This document shows positions 11,283-21,838 of a DNA stretch of 64,000 nt, one piece after another (positions within the stretch are counted from its first letter, which is position 1; each line of letters opens with the position of its first letter). A program made the translations under genes and the position numbers. The notes beneath the pieces are model-generated. The model did no database searches, was not told the DNA's origin, and saw only the letters and a program-made list of their open reading frames with translations. This DNA is from an uncultured delta proteobacterium (GTDB taxonomy: Bacteria; Myxococcota; Myxococcia; Myxococcales; Anaeromyxobacteraceae), in NCBI GenBank assembly GCA_963828255.1, contig CAWHDZ010000034.1, positions 64,001 through 128,000 on the forward strand. Direction: 5' to 3'.

Positions 11283-12565
11283 GGCTCCGCTCCCTGGTCC
11301 ACCTGGCCTCGCTCAACCTGCGCTCCGACACGCGGGGCACGGTGGTGAACACCGCCGCGGCCTGCGTCGGGGCCGCCGCGCTGGTCTTCTTCGTGGCCCT
11401 CGGCATGGGTGTCGGGCAGGCGGCCCGTCTCATGTTCCCGGGCGACGCCCGGCTCGTCGAGGTGGTCCCCGGAGCGGTCTCGCTGGGGGCGGCCCTGGGC
11501 GGGGGCGCCCTCGACGACGCGGCGGTGGGACGGCTGCGCGAGCTGCCCGGCGTGGAGGGAGCCTGGCGCCGCCTCTCGCTGCGGGTTCCCATCGCGGCCA
11601 GCCGCGCCCCCGAGGGCGTGCGGATGAACTGGCCCGTGGGATTCACCGTCCAGGTGCCGGTGGTGGGGGTGGACGAAGGGCTGGTGGCCTCCGACCTCGC
11701 CCCGCACCAGGAGTTCCTCGATCCGCCGGCCGGCGAGGCCATCCCGGTCCTCGCCTCGCGGCGGCTGCTCGAGGTCTACAACAAGACCATCGCCCCGGCC
11801 TGGAACCTGCGCCGGCTGCCCCCTGGTCTCGACCTCGTCGGCCTGCAGATCCCGGTGCAGGTGGGCTTCTCCATCATCCCCCTGAAGACCGAGGACAAGG
11901 TGTACGACGCGCGGCTGGCCCTGGCGGGGCTCTCCGACCGCGTGCCCCTCTATTCACTGGCCGTCCCCGTCGAGACGGTGCTCAGGCTTCACAAGGAGTA
12001 CGGCAAGGCCGACGCCGGCTACAGCTCGGTGGTCCTCGAGATGCGGCGGCCCGACGACGTGCCGGGCGTGGCCGCGGCCGTCCGGCGCATGGGGTTCGCG
12101 GTGGACGAGGGAGAGCGGGCCATCGCCGAGCGCGTGGGGCTCGCCATCACCGTCACCACCGGCGCGCTGGCGCTGCTGGCGCTCCTCATGACCGCGCTGG
12201 CCGCGCTGGCCATCGCCCAGTCGCTCTCGGCCAGCGTCCGGGGGCGCACCCGGGACATCGCCATCCTCCAGTCGCTGGGCGCGACGGCCGGCGACGTCCG
12301 GGCGCTGGTGCTCGCCGAGGCCGGCCTGGTGGGTCTGGCCGGTGGCGTGGTCGGCGTGGGGATCGCCTGGCTGGCGGCCCGCGGGGTGGATGCGGCGGCC
12401 ATCGGGCTCCTGCCCGACTTCCCGTTCCGGCCGACGACCTTCTTTTTCTTCCCGCCCTGGATCTTCGCGCTGGGCGTGGGGGTCTCGGCCGCGGCGGCGC
12501 TCATCGGCGCGCTCGCCCCGGCGGCGCTGGCCGCGCGGGTCGATCCGGCCCGCGCCATCTCCTGA
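11279..12565 (+). CDS. ABC transporter permease (FtsX/MacB/LolE-like)
   Basis: One N-terminal TM, periplasmic domain, three C-terminal TMs, RTRDIAILQSLGAT and ARVDPARAI motifs. Confidence 0.9.
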   Translation: MRLRSLVHLASLNLRSDTRGTVVNTAAACVGAAALVFFVALGMGVGQAARLMFPGDARLVEVVPGAVSLGAALGGGALDDAAVGRLRELPGVEGAWRRLSLRVPIAASRAPEGVRMNWPVGFTVQVPVVGVDEGLVASDLAPHQEFLDPPAGEAIPVLASRRLLEVYNKTIAPAWNLRRLPPGLDLVGLQIPVQVGFSIIPLKTEDKVYDARLALAGLSDRVPLYSLAVPVETVLRLHKEYGKADAGYSSVVLEMRRPDDVPGVAAAVRRMGFAVDEGERAIAERVGLAITVTTGALALLALLMTALAALAIAQSLSASVRGRTRDIAILQSLGATAGDVRALVLAEAGLVGLAGGVVGVGIAWLAARGVDAAAIGLLPDFPFRPTTFFFFPPWIFALGVGVSAAAALIGALAPAALAARVDPARAIS

Positions 12566-12584
12566 CGGCGATGGCCTGGAAATG

Positions 12585-12623
12585 ACGACGGGCCGCGAGG
12601 CGCGAGGCCCCGCGACCCGTCGT
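12585..12623. terminator. GC-rich hairpin between convergent genes
   Basis: ACGACGGG-CCGCG.../...CGCG-A-CCCGTCGT imperfect inverted repeat; no U-tract. Confidence 0.45.
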
Positions 12624-12639
12624 GGGTCGAGGCTGGCGA

Positions 12640-12897
12640 CTACTTCAGGCCGGCGACGAACTTGGCCACGGCGGCGGCGTCGTCGATCTTGACCGGCTTC
12701 ATCTTGCCGGCGCCCTCGTTGATGGCCTTCAGGGTCTTGGCCTCCGCGGTGCCCTTGATCGGGGCCTTGGCCATCGCGCTGCCCTCGCCGGCGGCGCCGT
12801 GGCACATCTTGCACTTGGCGGCGTAGGTGGCGGCGGCGTCTGCCGAGGCGGTGGTGGCGAAGGCGAGGACGAGGAGGGCGACGATGGTGCGCTTCAT
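12640..12897 (-). CDS. Small monoheme class I cytochrome c (c553-like)
   Basis: Signal peptide, CKMCH heme motif, distal Met in GKMKP; SD AAGGAAG. Confidence 0.92.
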   Translation of the reverse strand: MKRTIVALLVLAFATTASADAAATYAAKCKMCHGAAGEGSAMAKAPIKGTAEAKTLKAINEGAGKMKPVKIDDAAAVAKFVAGLK

Positions 12898-13018
12898 GTG
12901 GATGCTTCCTTTCGTGGAGGGTTGCTGCTCGAGCGGACGGACCGTCCCTTACGGGTATTCACGAGCGGACATCCAGATACACGATCCGGATGTGACAATT
13001 CAAATCCCGGGGGACAAA

Positions 13019-14701
13019 TCAACCGGTGATGGCGGCCCGGGGGCCCGACGGGCCGGACGGCGGCTGGACCACGAGTTCCCGGCCCACCTGGAGCTTGTAT
13101 TTCCTGGGGTTCTTGATGCCGTTCCAGTCGCAGAGTTCCTGCAACTTCACGCCCACCCGCTGCGAGATGGCCCAGAGCGAGTCACCCGCCTGGACCTGGA
13201 CGGTGCCCTGTCCGGGAGCGGAGGGGGATCGCGGCGCAGCGGCACGCGCGGCCCGGACCGGCTCGGCCTCCACGAGCTTCGGGTTCTTCTTCTGGAGATC
13301 CTCGATGCGGGCGCGGGCCACCGCCTCGGTGGCCGGGGCGCCGGAACGGCGGGCCAGCGCGCCGAGCGGGATGACGAGCTCCGTGCCCGGCTTCACGCGC
13401 TTGCCGGCCTTCAGGCCGTTCATCTGGAGGACCGTGGAAGACGGGACGCCGTAGGCGGTGGCGATGACGGCGATCCCCTCCCCCTTCACGACGGTGTGGC
13501 GGGCGAACCCGAGCCCGGCGGTGGGAGCGATCGACGGCCAGTTCTTGTCGAAGGCGGCCCGGGCGTCGCTCGGCAGCTTCACCGAGTAGGCCCGCGGGGG
13601 CGTGCAGTTGCGGCGCAGCTCGGGGTTGAGCTCGTGGAGCTCGCGGGAGGTGATCTCGGCGGCCCGGGCCAGCGCCTCGATCTCGACGGCGTGCGGGATG
13701 GTGACCCGCTCGTACTCGGTCCAGCGCTCGGCCTGGATCTCCTCCCTCGAGAAGCCGAACGCCTCCGGGTGCTTGGCGATGATGGCGGCGGCCATGAGCT
13801 TGGGCACGTAGCCCTTGGTCTCCCGCTTCAGCACCTTCCCGCGGGCCATCTCCCAGAACTCGAGCTGCCCCTTCCTCTTGGCCTTCTCGATCTTGCCCTC
13901 TCCGGCGTTGTAGCCGGCCCATGCGAGGCGCCAGTCGCCGAACATCTTGTGGAGGACCTGGAGATAGGTGGCCGCGGCGCGCGCCGACTTCTCCGGGTCG
14001 CGTCGCTCGTCCACCCAGAAGTCCTGGGAGAGCCCCATGCGCTTGCCGGTGGAGGGGATGAACTGCCAGGGGCCGGCCGCCTTGGCATGCGAGTAGGCCA
14101 GGTTCGCGAACCCGCTCTCGATCATGGCGAGGTAGATGGTGTCCTCGGGCAGCCCCGCCTCGCGCAGGATGGTCCGGTACCGCTCCTGGTAGCGGGGCAG
14201 GCGACCCAGCCACTTCACGAAGTGCTTGCGAACCGTGGGCACCTGGAAGAAGCGGACGTACTGGACCACCGCCTCGTTCACGTCGATGGGGATGTCGTAC
14301 TCGGCCTGGAGCCGGCGCAGGTCGTGGCCGATCTCGGGGAGCAGGGCGATGGAGCCGACGTCCTCCTCCGGCATGGGGGCGGTGTCGCGCGAGAGCGCGC
14401 CGTCGATGCGGTGGCGGAGCGGGGACTCGGTCCCGAGCCGGACCGCCTCGCGGGCGGCGCCGTCCTCGGGGCGGGGCAGGGGCACGAGCGCCGCCTTCTC
14501 CTCGGCCAGGCGGACCTCGTTGATCTCGGCCGACTGGGCCTCGAGCTCCTCCTCCACCTCAGGCACGTCTCCGACGTCCAGGGCTTCCTGGACTGCGACT
14601 GCCGCCGCGGCGGGCGCTGGGGGCGCGACGGGGTCGGAGCCCCTGGCGGGGAGGGCACTGGCGACCGCGAAGAACGCGATCAGGAAGGTGATCCTGGTCA
14701 T
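13019..14701 (-). CDS. mltD: Lytic murein transglycosylase with two LysM domains (MltD-like)
   Basis: LAMIESGF, AAGPWQFIPSTG, DERRDPEKSARAAATYL, AGYNAGE, ETKGYVPKL; LysM repeats HTVVKGE and VQAGDSLWAIS; ATG at 14701. Confidence 0.9.
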   Translation of the reverse strand: MTRITFLIAFFAVASALPARGSDPVAPPAPAAAAVAVQEALDVGDVPEVEEELEAQSAEINEVRLAEEKAALVPLPRPEDGAAREAVRLGTESPLRHRIDGALSRDTAPMPEEDVGSIALLPEIGHDLRRLQAEYDIPIDVNEAVVQYVRFFQVPTVRKHFVKWLGRLPRYQERYRTILREAGLPEDTIYLAMIESGFANLAYSHAKAAGPWQFIPSTGKRMGLSQDFWVDERRDPEKSARAAATYLQVLHKMFGDWRLAWAGYNAGEGKIEKAKRKGQLEFWEMARGKVLKRETKGYVPKLMAAAIIAKHPEAFGFSREEIQAERWTEYERVTIPHAVEIEALARAAEITSRELHELNPELRRNCTPPRAYSVKLPSDARAAFDKNWPSIAPTAGLGFARHTVVKGEGIAVIATAYGVPSSTVLQMNGLKAGKRVKPGTELVIPLGALARRSGAPATEAVARARIEDLQKKNPKLVEAEPVRAARAAAPRSPSAPGQGTVQVQAGDSLWAISQRVGVKLQELCDWNGIKNPRKYKLQVGRELVVQPPSGPSGPRAAITG

Positions 14702-14751
14702 CGACCCCTCACTGTAACCCGGGCACCCCTCCCCTGCCAGGACGGTCCCGG

Positions 14752-16212
14752 TCAGGGACGTGCGGGCGGCGCCCCGGGAGCGCCGTGGCCGGGGCCGACG
14801 ACGCGGCCGCGGAAGCTCGACGGCTCGAAACCCGTGGAATGCTCGGGGGTGTGGCACGCCGTGCAGGTCGATGTGGGTGGATCGCGCACGATGTGGGCAG
14901 GTGGATCCACGGCGTGGAGACTCGCCGGACCATGGCAGGCCTCGCACTGCACGCCGCGGCGCCCGGCGGTGGTGGCCACGTCGCAGGGTCCGCCGGGGAG
15001 CTTCCAGCCGGTCACGTGACAGGAGACGCAGTCGAGGTCGAACTGGCGCCCGCCCCGGACCAGCGTCTCGTACGCCGATGCATGGGGCGTCTCCTCCCAC
15101 GATGCGAATGCGCCCGGGTGGCAGTTGCGGCAGTCGCGGCTCCCGCCGGGTGGGACCCGGTCCACGCCGATGAAGGAGGGCGCGTCGCGGGCCGGATCGG
15201 GGCAGGGCTTCCCGACGGCCTTCGCCTCGGCCAGGTTGGCCCGCGCGATCGCGCCGTAGTGCCGGGTGAGGATGCGACGGACCGCAGGGTCCTCGGGAAC
15301 GTCTTCGCCCAGCGGGACGAAGGAGATCTGCAGGGACGGCCGGTCGTCGGGCGGCGCCGGGGGCGGCTCGGCCCGCAGCGCCGTCTCGCGCGCGGCGAGC
15401 TCGGCCAGCTTGCCCGAGAGCGCGGCGGCCAGCGCCGTGTTGCCGGAGGCCTCCGCCGCGGCGCGCCGCTTCCCGTACCCGGCGCGGCGCACCGCGAGCA
15501 GGTCGAGCTCCTCGGCCCGCTGCGTCGGCCCGGGGAGGACGAGGAAGCCCCTCCCGGCGTCCCCCCGGAGGAAGAAGTCGATGCGGGCCAGCGCCTGCCC
15601 GCGCCCCTGCACCTGCACCACCGGCACCGGGGCGTCGAGGACGGCCCGGCTGGCGTCGTCGTCCAGCAGCCCCTCGCGGTGCGCGGCGAGGAGGACGTGA
15701 ACCCCCTCGCGCCGGGCCTCCTCGGCGCGGGCCAGCGCGGCCCGGCTGCCGCCCTCGTGGACCACCGCCACCCGGACCGGTGCGCGCGGCACCGATGCCA
15801 GGCCGCCGAAGCCCACCGCGCCGATCCTCTTGCTGCGGGTGAAGGGAAGCCCGGTCCTGGCGAGGAAGCCCTTCCCGGCCGCGAGGTCCCGCTCGCCGGG
15901 CCAGGAGGCGGCGAGCCCCATCATCCGCAGCGCCTCGGCCATGGTCCGGGCCGCCGCCAGGTCCTGGGCCTTTCGCTCCGGATCGAGGGGGCCTCCGAAG
16001 AGCAGGTCGCCGCCGGCCACGAAGACCGTGTCGGGGTTCTCCTTGCGGATGCGGGCCACGGCGGTGGCGGCGCGCGCCAGCCCCCCGCGCTGGTCGGCGC
16101 TGCAGCCGCACGGCTCGAGCCACCCGCCCAGGTCGGCGGCATAGACCACCGTCACGTGGCGCGGGGGCGCGGCGGCGGCGAGGAGGGCCAGGGCGGCGAT
16201 CGCGGGTGTCAT
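14752..16212 (-). CDS. Exported tetraheme c554-like cytochrome fused to a 5'-nucleotidase/UshA-like N-terminal domain
   Basis: Signal peptide; GWLEPCGC...GGLAR motif; four CxxCH motifs (CRNCH, CVSCH, CEACH, CTACH). Confidence 0.85.
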   Translation of the reverse strand: MTPAIAALALLAAAAPPRHVTVVYAADLGGWLEPCGCSADQRGGLARAATAVARIRKENPDTVFVAGGDLLFGGPLDPERKAQDLAAARTMAEALRMMGLAASWPGERDLAAGKGFLARTGLPFTRSKRIGAVGFGGLASVPRAPVRVAVVHEGGSRAALARAEEARREGVHVLLAAHREGLLDDDASRAVLDAPVPVVQVQGRGQALARIDFFLRGDAGRGFLVLPGPTQRAEELDLLAVRRAGYGKRRAAAEASGNTALAAALSGKLAELAARETALRAEPPPAPPDDRPSLQISFVPLGEDVPEDPAVRRILTRHYGAIARANLAEAKAVGKPCPDPARDAPSFIGVDRVPPGGSRDCRNCHPGAFASWEETPHASAYETLVRGGRQFDLDCVSCHVTGWKLPGGPCDVATTAGRRGVQCEACHGPASLHAVDPPAHIVRDPPTSTCTACHTPEHSTGFEPSSFRGRVVGPGHGAPGAPPARP

Positions 16213-16312
16213 GGGCGCCTCCCAGCCTCTAACACGCCGGCCCGGGGTCGCGCCCGCGGTCCAGGGCGGCCGCCGTGCGGCGGGGCCCCCTTCGTGCTAG
16301 GAGGGGCTTCCC

Positions 16313-17359
16313 GTGCACATCGGACCGCACACCTTCTCGGGACGCTTCTTCCTGGCGCCGCTCGCCGGGGTGAGCGACCGCCCCTTCCGCGCCATCTGCC
16401 GGGAGATGGGGGCGGCCTTCGCCTACACCGAGATGGTGAGCGCCCATGGCCTCATTCACGGAACGTCTCAGACCCTCGCCTACCTGGATCGCGACCCGGC
16501 CGAGGTCCCCTTCGCCGTGCAGATCTTCGCCGCCGAGCCGGAGGTCCTGGCGCGCGGCGCGGCGGCGGCGGTGGGGGCCGGCGCAGGCATCGTGGACATC
16601 AACATGGCCTGCCCGGTGCGGAAGGTGTGCGGCACCGGGGCAGGGGCGGCGCTGGCCCGCGACCCCGCCGCCGTCGAGGCCGCGGTGCGGGAGGTGGTCC
16701 GCGCGGCCGGCGTCCCGGTCACCGTCAAGATCCGCGCCGGCTGGGACGGCGCCACGGTGAACTGCGTGGAGGTGGCCCGCGCCGCCGAGTCGGGCGGGGC
16801 CTCGGCGGTGGCGCTGCACGGCCGGACCCGCTCGCAGGGCTACGCCGGCCGGGCCGACTGGTCGCTCATCCGCGCCGTGAAGGAGGCGGTCTCCATCCCG
16901 GTGCTCGGGTCGGGCGACGTCTGGTCGGCTGCGGACGCGCTGCGCATGCGGCGCGAGACCGGCTGCGACGCGGTGCTGGTGGCCCGCGGGGCCTGCGGCA
17001 ATCCCTGGATCTTCCGCGACCTCCGGGCCTCCGAGGCCGGCGAGAGGATGCCCGGCGCGCCCACCCGCGACGAGTGGTTCGCCACGGTGATGCGCCACGT
17101 GCGGCTCCAGATCGAGCACCGGACCCGGCAGCGCGACTTCGAGGACCCGGCCGCCTCCGAGGGGCACGCGGTGCGCGAGCTGCGCAAGCACCTGCTCTGG
17201 TACACCCGCGGTCTCAAGGGCGGGGTGCACTTCCGGCGCGACGCCACCGCGGTGGCGACCGCCTCCGGCGTGGAGGAGATGCTCGGGCGCCACTTCCCGC
17301 CCGGAGCCCCGTTCGCGTTCGACCCTTCCCTGGCGGCCGCTGAGGCCGTGGCCGAGTGA
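16313..17359 (+). CDS. dusB: tRNA-dihydrouridine synthase (DusB/NifR3 family)
   Basis: LAPLAGVSDRPFR, DINMACPVRKV, VTVKIRAGWD, LHGRTRSQGY, GNPWIF, RKHLLWY. Confidence 0.93.
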   Translation: MHIGPHTFSGRFFLAPLAGVSDRPFRAICREMGAAFAYTEMVSAHGLIHGTSQTLAYLDRDPAEVPFAVQIFAAEPEVLARGAAAAVGAGAGIVDINMACPVRKVCGTGAGAALARDPAAVEAAVREVVRAAGVPVTVKIRAGWDGATVNCVEVARAAESGGASAVALHGRTRSQGYAGRADWSLIRAVKEAVSIPVLGSGDVWSAADALRMRRETGCDAVLVARGACGNPWIFRDLRASEAGERMPGAPTRDEWFATVMRHVRLQIEHRTRQRDFEDPAASEGHAVRELRKHLLWYTRGLKGGVHFRRDATAVATASGVEEMLGRHFPPGAPFAFDPSLAAAEAVAE

Positions 17360-17366
17360 GCCCAAC

Positions 17367-18191
17367 GTGAACGAGACCCTGACGCTGGCCGCCTACTCCG
17401 GCGCCATCCTGACCGGCTCGCTGGCAGGCGGCGTGATCCCGCTCTTCGGCAAGCGGACCCGCAGCGACGCCCTGCTCTCCTTCTCGGCCGGCGTGATGCT
17501 GGGCGCGGCCTTCTTCCACATGCTCCCGGAGGCGGTCCACCTGGGCGGACCCGACGTCATCCCCTGGGCCGTGGCCGGCTTCCTCTTCCTCTTCCTCCTC
17601 GAGCGCTTCGTGCTGGTCCACGTCTGCGCCGAGCCCGGCCCCTCCGAGCGGCTGCTCGGCCACCCCGCGCCGCCGCCCCATGGCTTTCGCGATCACGCCG
17701 GCCACGACCACGCCCACGAGGCCACCGGCTGCGACGTCCACACGCTGGGGCTGGCGGCCTTCGTCGGCCTCTCCCTCCACACGCTGGTGGACGGCTTCGC
17801 GCTGGGCGCCGCGCAGAGCGACCCGGCGCTGGGGCTGCTGGTCTTCGTGGCCATCCTGGCCCACAAGATCCCCTCCTCGGTCTCGCTCACCGCCATCCTG
17901 CGGGCCGAGGGCTACGGGAAGCGGCAGGCGCTCCTCATGAACGCCAGCTTCGCGCTCATGGTCCCGGCGGGCGCCGCCATCTTCCTCGTCGTCGACCGGA
18001 TGGTGGCCGCCAGCAGCTTCACCGCGGTGGCGCTGGCCGCCAGCGCCGGGTCCTTCCTCCAGCTCTCGCTCTCCGACATCCTGCCCGACCTGCACCGGCG
18101 GGGGGGTGACCGCTGGAAGATCTCGCTGGCCCTGCTGGCCGGACTGGCCGTGATGTGGGCGCTCAGGTCGCTGGGGCACGCTCACGGCTGA
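17367..18191 (+). CDS. ZIP-family metal (Zn/Fe) transporter
   Basis: FSAGVMLGAAFFHMLPEA, His-rich loop, LHTLVDGFALG, AILAHKIP. Confidence 0.9.
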   Translation: MNETLTLAAYSGAILTGSLAGGVIPLFGKRTRSDALLSFSAGVMLGAAFFHMLPEAVHLGGPDVIPWAVAGFLFLFLLERFVLVHVCAEPGPSERLLGHPAPPPHGFRDHAGHDHAHEATGCDVHTLGLAAFVGLSLHTLVDGFALGAAQSDPALGLLVFVAILAHKIPSSVSLTAILRAEGYGKRQALLMNASFALMVPAGAAIFLVVDRMVAASSFTAVALAASAGSFLQLSLSDILPDLHRRGGDRWKISLALLAGLAVMWALRSLGHAHG

Positions 18192-20270
18192 AGGTGAGCG
18201 GCAGCCGCACCGAGAAGGTGGTCCCGGACGACGCGTCGGAGCGCACCCGGATGTTCCCGCCGTGGGCCGCGGCGATCTGCACGGCGATGTAGAGCCCCAG
18301 CCCGAGCCCCTTGCGACGCTGGGTGCGCTCGTCGTCGCCGCGCCGGAACGGCTCGAAGAGGTGGGCCACCAGCTCGGCGGGGATGGGGGCCCCCCGGTTC
18401 GTGACCTCGACCAGGGCCGACCCGGCGTCGCGCCAGCAGGCCACCTCCACCGCGGTCTCCTCCGGGCTGTACTGGAGCGCGTTGCCCACCAGATTCGCCA
18501 CCGCCTGGCCGATCCGGTCGCCGTCCCACTCCCCGTCCACCGGCTCGGGGGCGGTGACCCGCACGCTGCGGCCGGCGTGGGCCGCCTCGCACTCCTCGGC
18601 AACCGAGCGGACCAGGGAGGAGAGCTCGGTCCTCCGCGGGTGGAGCACGATCCCCGGTCCGCCCTGGACCGCGGTGTAGTCCACCAGCGCCCGGATGATC
18701 CCGTCCATGCGCCCCGAGGCCCGCAGGATCCGCCCCACCGAGCGGGCGGCCCGGTCGTCCAGGGGCCCGGCGGCGAGGAGCTCGGCCGAGGCGGTGATGG
18801 CCATGAGCGGGCTGCGCAGGTCGTGGCCCACCACGCCGAGGACGTTGCGGCGCGACTGCTCGGCGACGCGCTGCTCGGTCACCTCGCGCACCAGGGCGCC
18901 CACCCCGATGAGCCGGTCGGACACCGTCACCGGGTAGAGCGTGACCACGAAGGTGCGGTGGGTCTCCCCCGGCACCTGGGGCGGCGCCACGACCGTGTGC
19001 TCCACCAGCGGCGCGCGCCCCTCCGCCACCTCGGCGAAGTCGCGGACCAGCTCGTCGCGGGCCACCCGGGGCGCGGTCTCGGTGAGCGTCCGTCCCAGGA
19101 GCCCCTCCACCGGCACCCCGTTCAGCCTGGCCAGGTGGGAGTTCACCTTGAGGTAGCGCATCTCCCGGTCGAGGAGCGCCAGCCCCACCGGCGCGGCGCC
19201 GAAGAGCGCGTCGAGGAGCGCGGCCGACTCGTCGCGCTCCCGCAGGGTGCGCCGCAGCTCCAGCACCAGCAGCTCGCGGGTCTCGGCCGCGTCCTCGGCC
19301 TGGGCCCGGAGCTCCCGCTGGGTCTCGTAGAGCCGGGCCCGGTCCACCGCCTGGGCGCAGTGGTGGGCCAGGGCCTCGACGAATCCCCGCTCCTCCTCGC
19401 CGAAGTGGTGGGCGCCGGCGTAGCCGATCCCCAGCGCCCCGACCGTGCGCCCGCGTACGCGCAGCGGCAGCGCCGCCCAGGCCGCCTCGCTCACCGCCGC
19501 GCCGGCCGGGACGAGCCCGGGGTAGCGGGTCCGCAGCTCGTCGGCCGAGCCGATCCAGACCGGCTCCTCGCGCAGGAAGGCCTCCTCGAGCGGGGCCCGA
19601 AGCGCGCCCGGCGTGCCGTCGGCGGCCGCCATCGAGCCGGCGGCGTGGGCCACCTCGAGCACGCCGGCCGACGGGAAGCACAGGCTGCCGCCGCTGGCGC
19701 CCAGGACGTGCAACCCCACGCCCAGGATGACCTCGGCCACCTCCTGCTCGGCTGCCGCCGCCGAGAGCGCCGCGGTCACCTCCTGGAGCCGGGCCATCCG
19801 CTCGGCCACGGCCTCGGGGCGCAGGCGCGCCGACCGCTCCGCCCCCTGGGCGGGTGGCAACGTGCCCAGGTCGCGGGCCAGGGCCACCACCCGGGCGCCG
19901 CCCGTTTCACTTTCGGTATGATAGAGCGTGAAGTCGGCCCGGCGGGCCTCCCCGGCCACCTCGAGCACCACCGGGATGCGGTAGCGGGCGCGGCCGTCGG
20001 CCAGCACCCCGCGAATCGCCTCGTGGAGGGCCGGCGACGCGCCGGTCATGACCTCGGCCAGGGTTCGCCCCTGGGCGGCGGCGGGGGCGACGCCGACCAT
20101 CCGGCCGAAGGCGCCGTTCACCACCTCGACGCGCAGGTCGGGCGCCACCACGGCGATGCCGAAGGGCGCATCCTTGCCGATCGCCCCGAGCAGCGAGGCG
20201 GGATCCGGAGGGCGGGGGCTCGGAACGGGGGCCGGCTTCCTCTTTCGCGGTCGGGGCGTCAGGACCGCAT
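18163..20270 (-). CDS. Cytoplasmic PAS-GAF-PAS sensor histidine kinase; 5' end has an apparent frameshift or a CTG start at 20262
   Basis: H-box GHDLRSPL, N-box NLVGNALQY, G-boxes, two PAS-like and one GAF-like regions; first in-frame GTG (20151) lies inside the first PAS domain. Confidence 0.85.
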
Positions 20271-20295
20271 CTTCCCACGCCTCCGCGGCGCGCTT

Positions 20296-21663
20296 CTACC
20301 CCGCGATGCGCAGGCGGGCCGAGAGCGCCCGGTCCCCCCCGGCACGGAAGGCCTCCAGCGCCTCGTCGGCCGGGGACCGGGCCAGGGCGGCCCGCTCCAC
20401 GAGCGGGGCGAGCCAGATCCGCTCGTCCTCCCCCTTCTCGCCGCAGGCCCCCTGGCGGCAGAGCCCGAGCCGGGCCGCCTCCACCAGGTCCACGGCCAGC
20501 TCGGAGACGGTGCGCCCGTCGGGCGTCCGGGCCCGAAGCCCCTCGCGCCCGGCCGCGTCGCGCAGGGCGATCCTCTCGGCCAGGGAGAAGCGGCGCACCA
20601 GGTCCCAGGCCCAGTCCCGGGACTCCCGGGAGTAGAGGATGCCCTTCCAGAAGGCGGCCAGCGCCTTCACCAGGGGCGGGGGGACGCCGTCGGCGCCCCG
20701 GACCTCGATGACCCCCTTCATGCGCACCTCGGGGAAGAGCACCGAGAGCTGGTCCTCCCAGTCGGCGAGGGTGGCCTGGTGGCCGTCCCGCCCCTCGGCG
20801 AGGTAGCGGCGGAAGGAGATCCCGCCGGTGTCGAGGTAGCGCCCCTCCCGGCGCAGGAAGACCATGGGCGCGTCGAGGGCCCACCCGGCGTAGCGCAGGT
20901 AGGCCTCCTCCTCGAATCCAGGCTCGAAGGCGAAGGGAAGGATCCCGCAGCGCGCCGGGTCGGTGTGGTTCCAGACCTCGGTGCGGAAGCTCTGCCAGCC
21001 CGACTCGGCGCCCTGGACCACCGGGGAGTTGGCGCACAGGGCCACCACCGCCGGCTGGACCCCGAGCGCGACGCGCAGCTTCTCGGCGGCGTCCCGCTCG
21101 CTCGCGAAGTCGAAGGAGGCCTGGGCCGAGCCGGTCATCGACATCATGTCCGGCGCCAGCCGCCCCCGGGCCGAGAGGAACGGGCGCATCACCGCGTAGC
21201 GCTCCTTGGGAACCCAGCGCGCCGTCCCCGGCGTTCCCCAGGGGCGGTAGCCGGTGGCCAGGAACTCGACCCCCAGCTCGGCGCCGATGGCGCGGCCGAT
21301 TTCCAGGTGCCGGTCCAGCTCCTCGGCCACCGCGTGCACGTCCTGGAACGGCCGGCCCGACAGCTCCAGCTGCCCCCCCGGCTCGATGGAGACGGTCAGG
21401 CCGCCCTTCTGGGCGGCGATGGCCCGCCCGTTCTCCTCGAAGGGCTCGTACCCCCAGCGGGAGTAGGCCCGCAGGACCGCCTCGATCCCGCGCGGACCGT
21501 CGTAGGGCACCGGCTCGAGCGTCCCGGCCACCTGGGCGAGGGCCTCGAACTCGATGCCCACCTTCCAGTCGGTCGCCGGGTGCTCGCGCTCGCGGAACCA
21601 GGCCACGAGGTCCTCCACGCCCTGCACCGGAGGGCTCCCGTCGATCTTCCGGTCGAGCGACAT
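20296..21663 (-). CDS. gshA: Glutamate--cysteine ligase (GCS2, plant/alphaproteobacterial-type)
   Basis: VGIEFE, SIEPGGQLELSG, PKERYAVM, ANSP, WNHTDPARCG, FPEVRMKGVIEVRGAD. Confidence 0.9.
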   Translation of the reverse strand: MSLDRKIDGSPPVQGVEDLVAWFREREHPATDWKVGIEFEALAQVAGTLEPVPYDGPRGIEAVLRAYSRWGYEPFEENGRAIAAQKGGLTVSIEPGGQLELSGRPFQDVHAVAEELDRHLEIGRAIGAELGVEFLATGYRPWGTPGTARWVPKERYAVMRPFLSARGRLAPDMMSMTGSAQASFDFASERDAAEKLRVALGVQPAVVALCANSPVVQGAESGWQSFRTEVWNHTDPARCGILPFAFEPGFEEEAYLRYAGWALDAPMVFLRREGRYLDTGGISFRRYLAEGRDGHQATLADWEDQLSVLFPEVRMKGVIEVRGADGVPPPLVKALAAFWKGILYSRESRDWAWDLVRRFSLAERIALRDAAGREGLRARTPDGRTVSELAVDLVEAARLGLCRQGACGEKGEDERIWLAPLVERAALARSPADEALEAFRAGGDRALSARLRIAG

Positions 21664-21763
21664 GCGACGGACTGTAGCGCAGGTCGGGGGGAATGGCGGC
21701 GACGCCGGGACCGTTCACCGAGGACGCCGGAGAAGGCGCCACGCCACCCGGAGGTCGATCCCC

Positions 21764-21792
21764 TTGCACCACCGCTCCCCTGCCCCTATCCT
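21764..21792 (+). promoter_or_regulatory. Putative sigma70 promoter
   Basis: TTGCAC-N17-TATCCT upstream of ATG 21839. Confidence 0.5.
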
Positions 21793-21838
21793 CGTGAAAA
21801 GGGCGGTCTTTTTCGATCCGCCGAGGATTCGTCCCCAC

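Noticed and set aside
12985..13006. TGTGACAATTCAAA upstream of the cytochrome c gene as a CRP/FNR/Rex site
   Set aside because: Half-site spacing does not fit those consensus sequences
18163..21663. gshA TAG is in frame with the downstream kinase (possible read-through fusion)
   Set aside because: A one-in-three coincidence; an SD-preceded ATG at 20270 or a CTG at 20262 explains the kinase start
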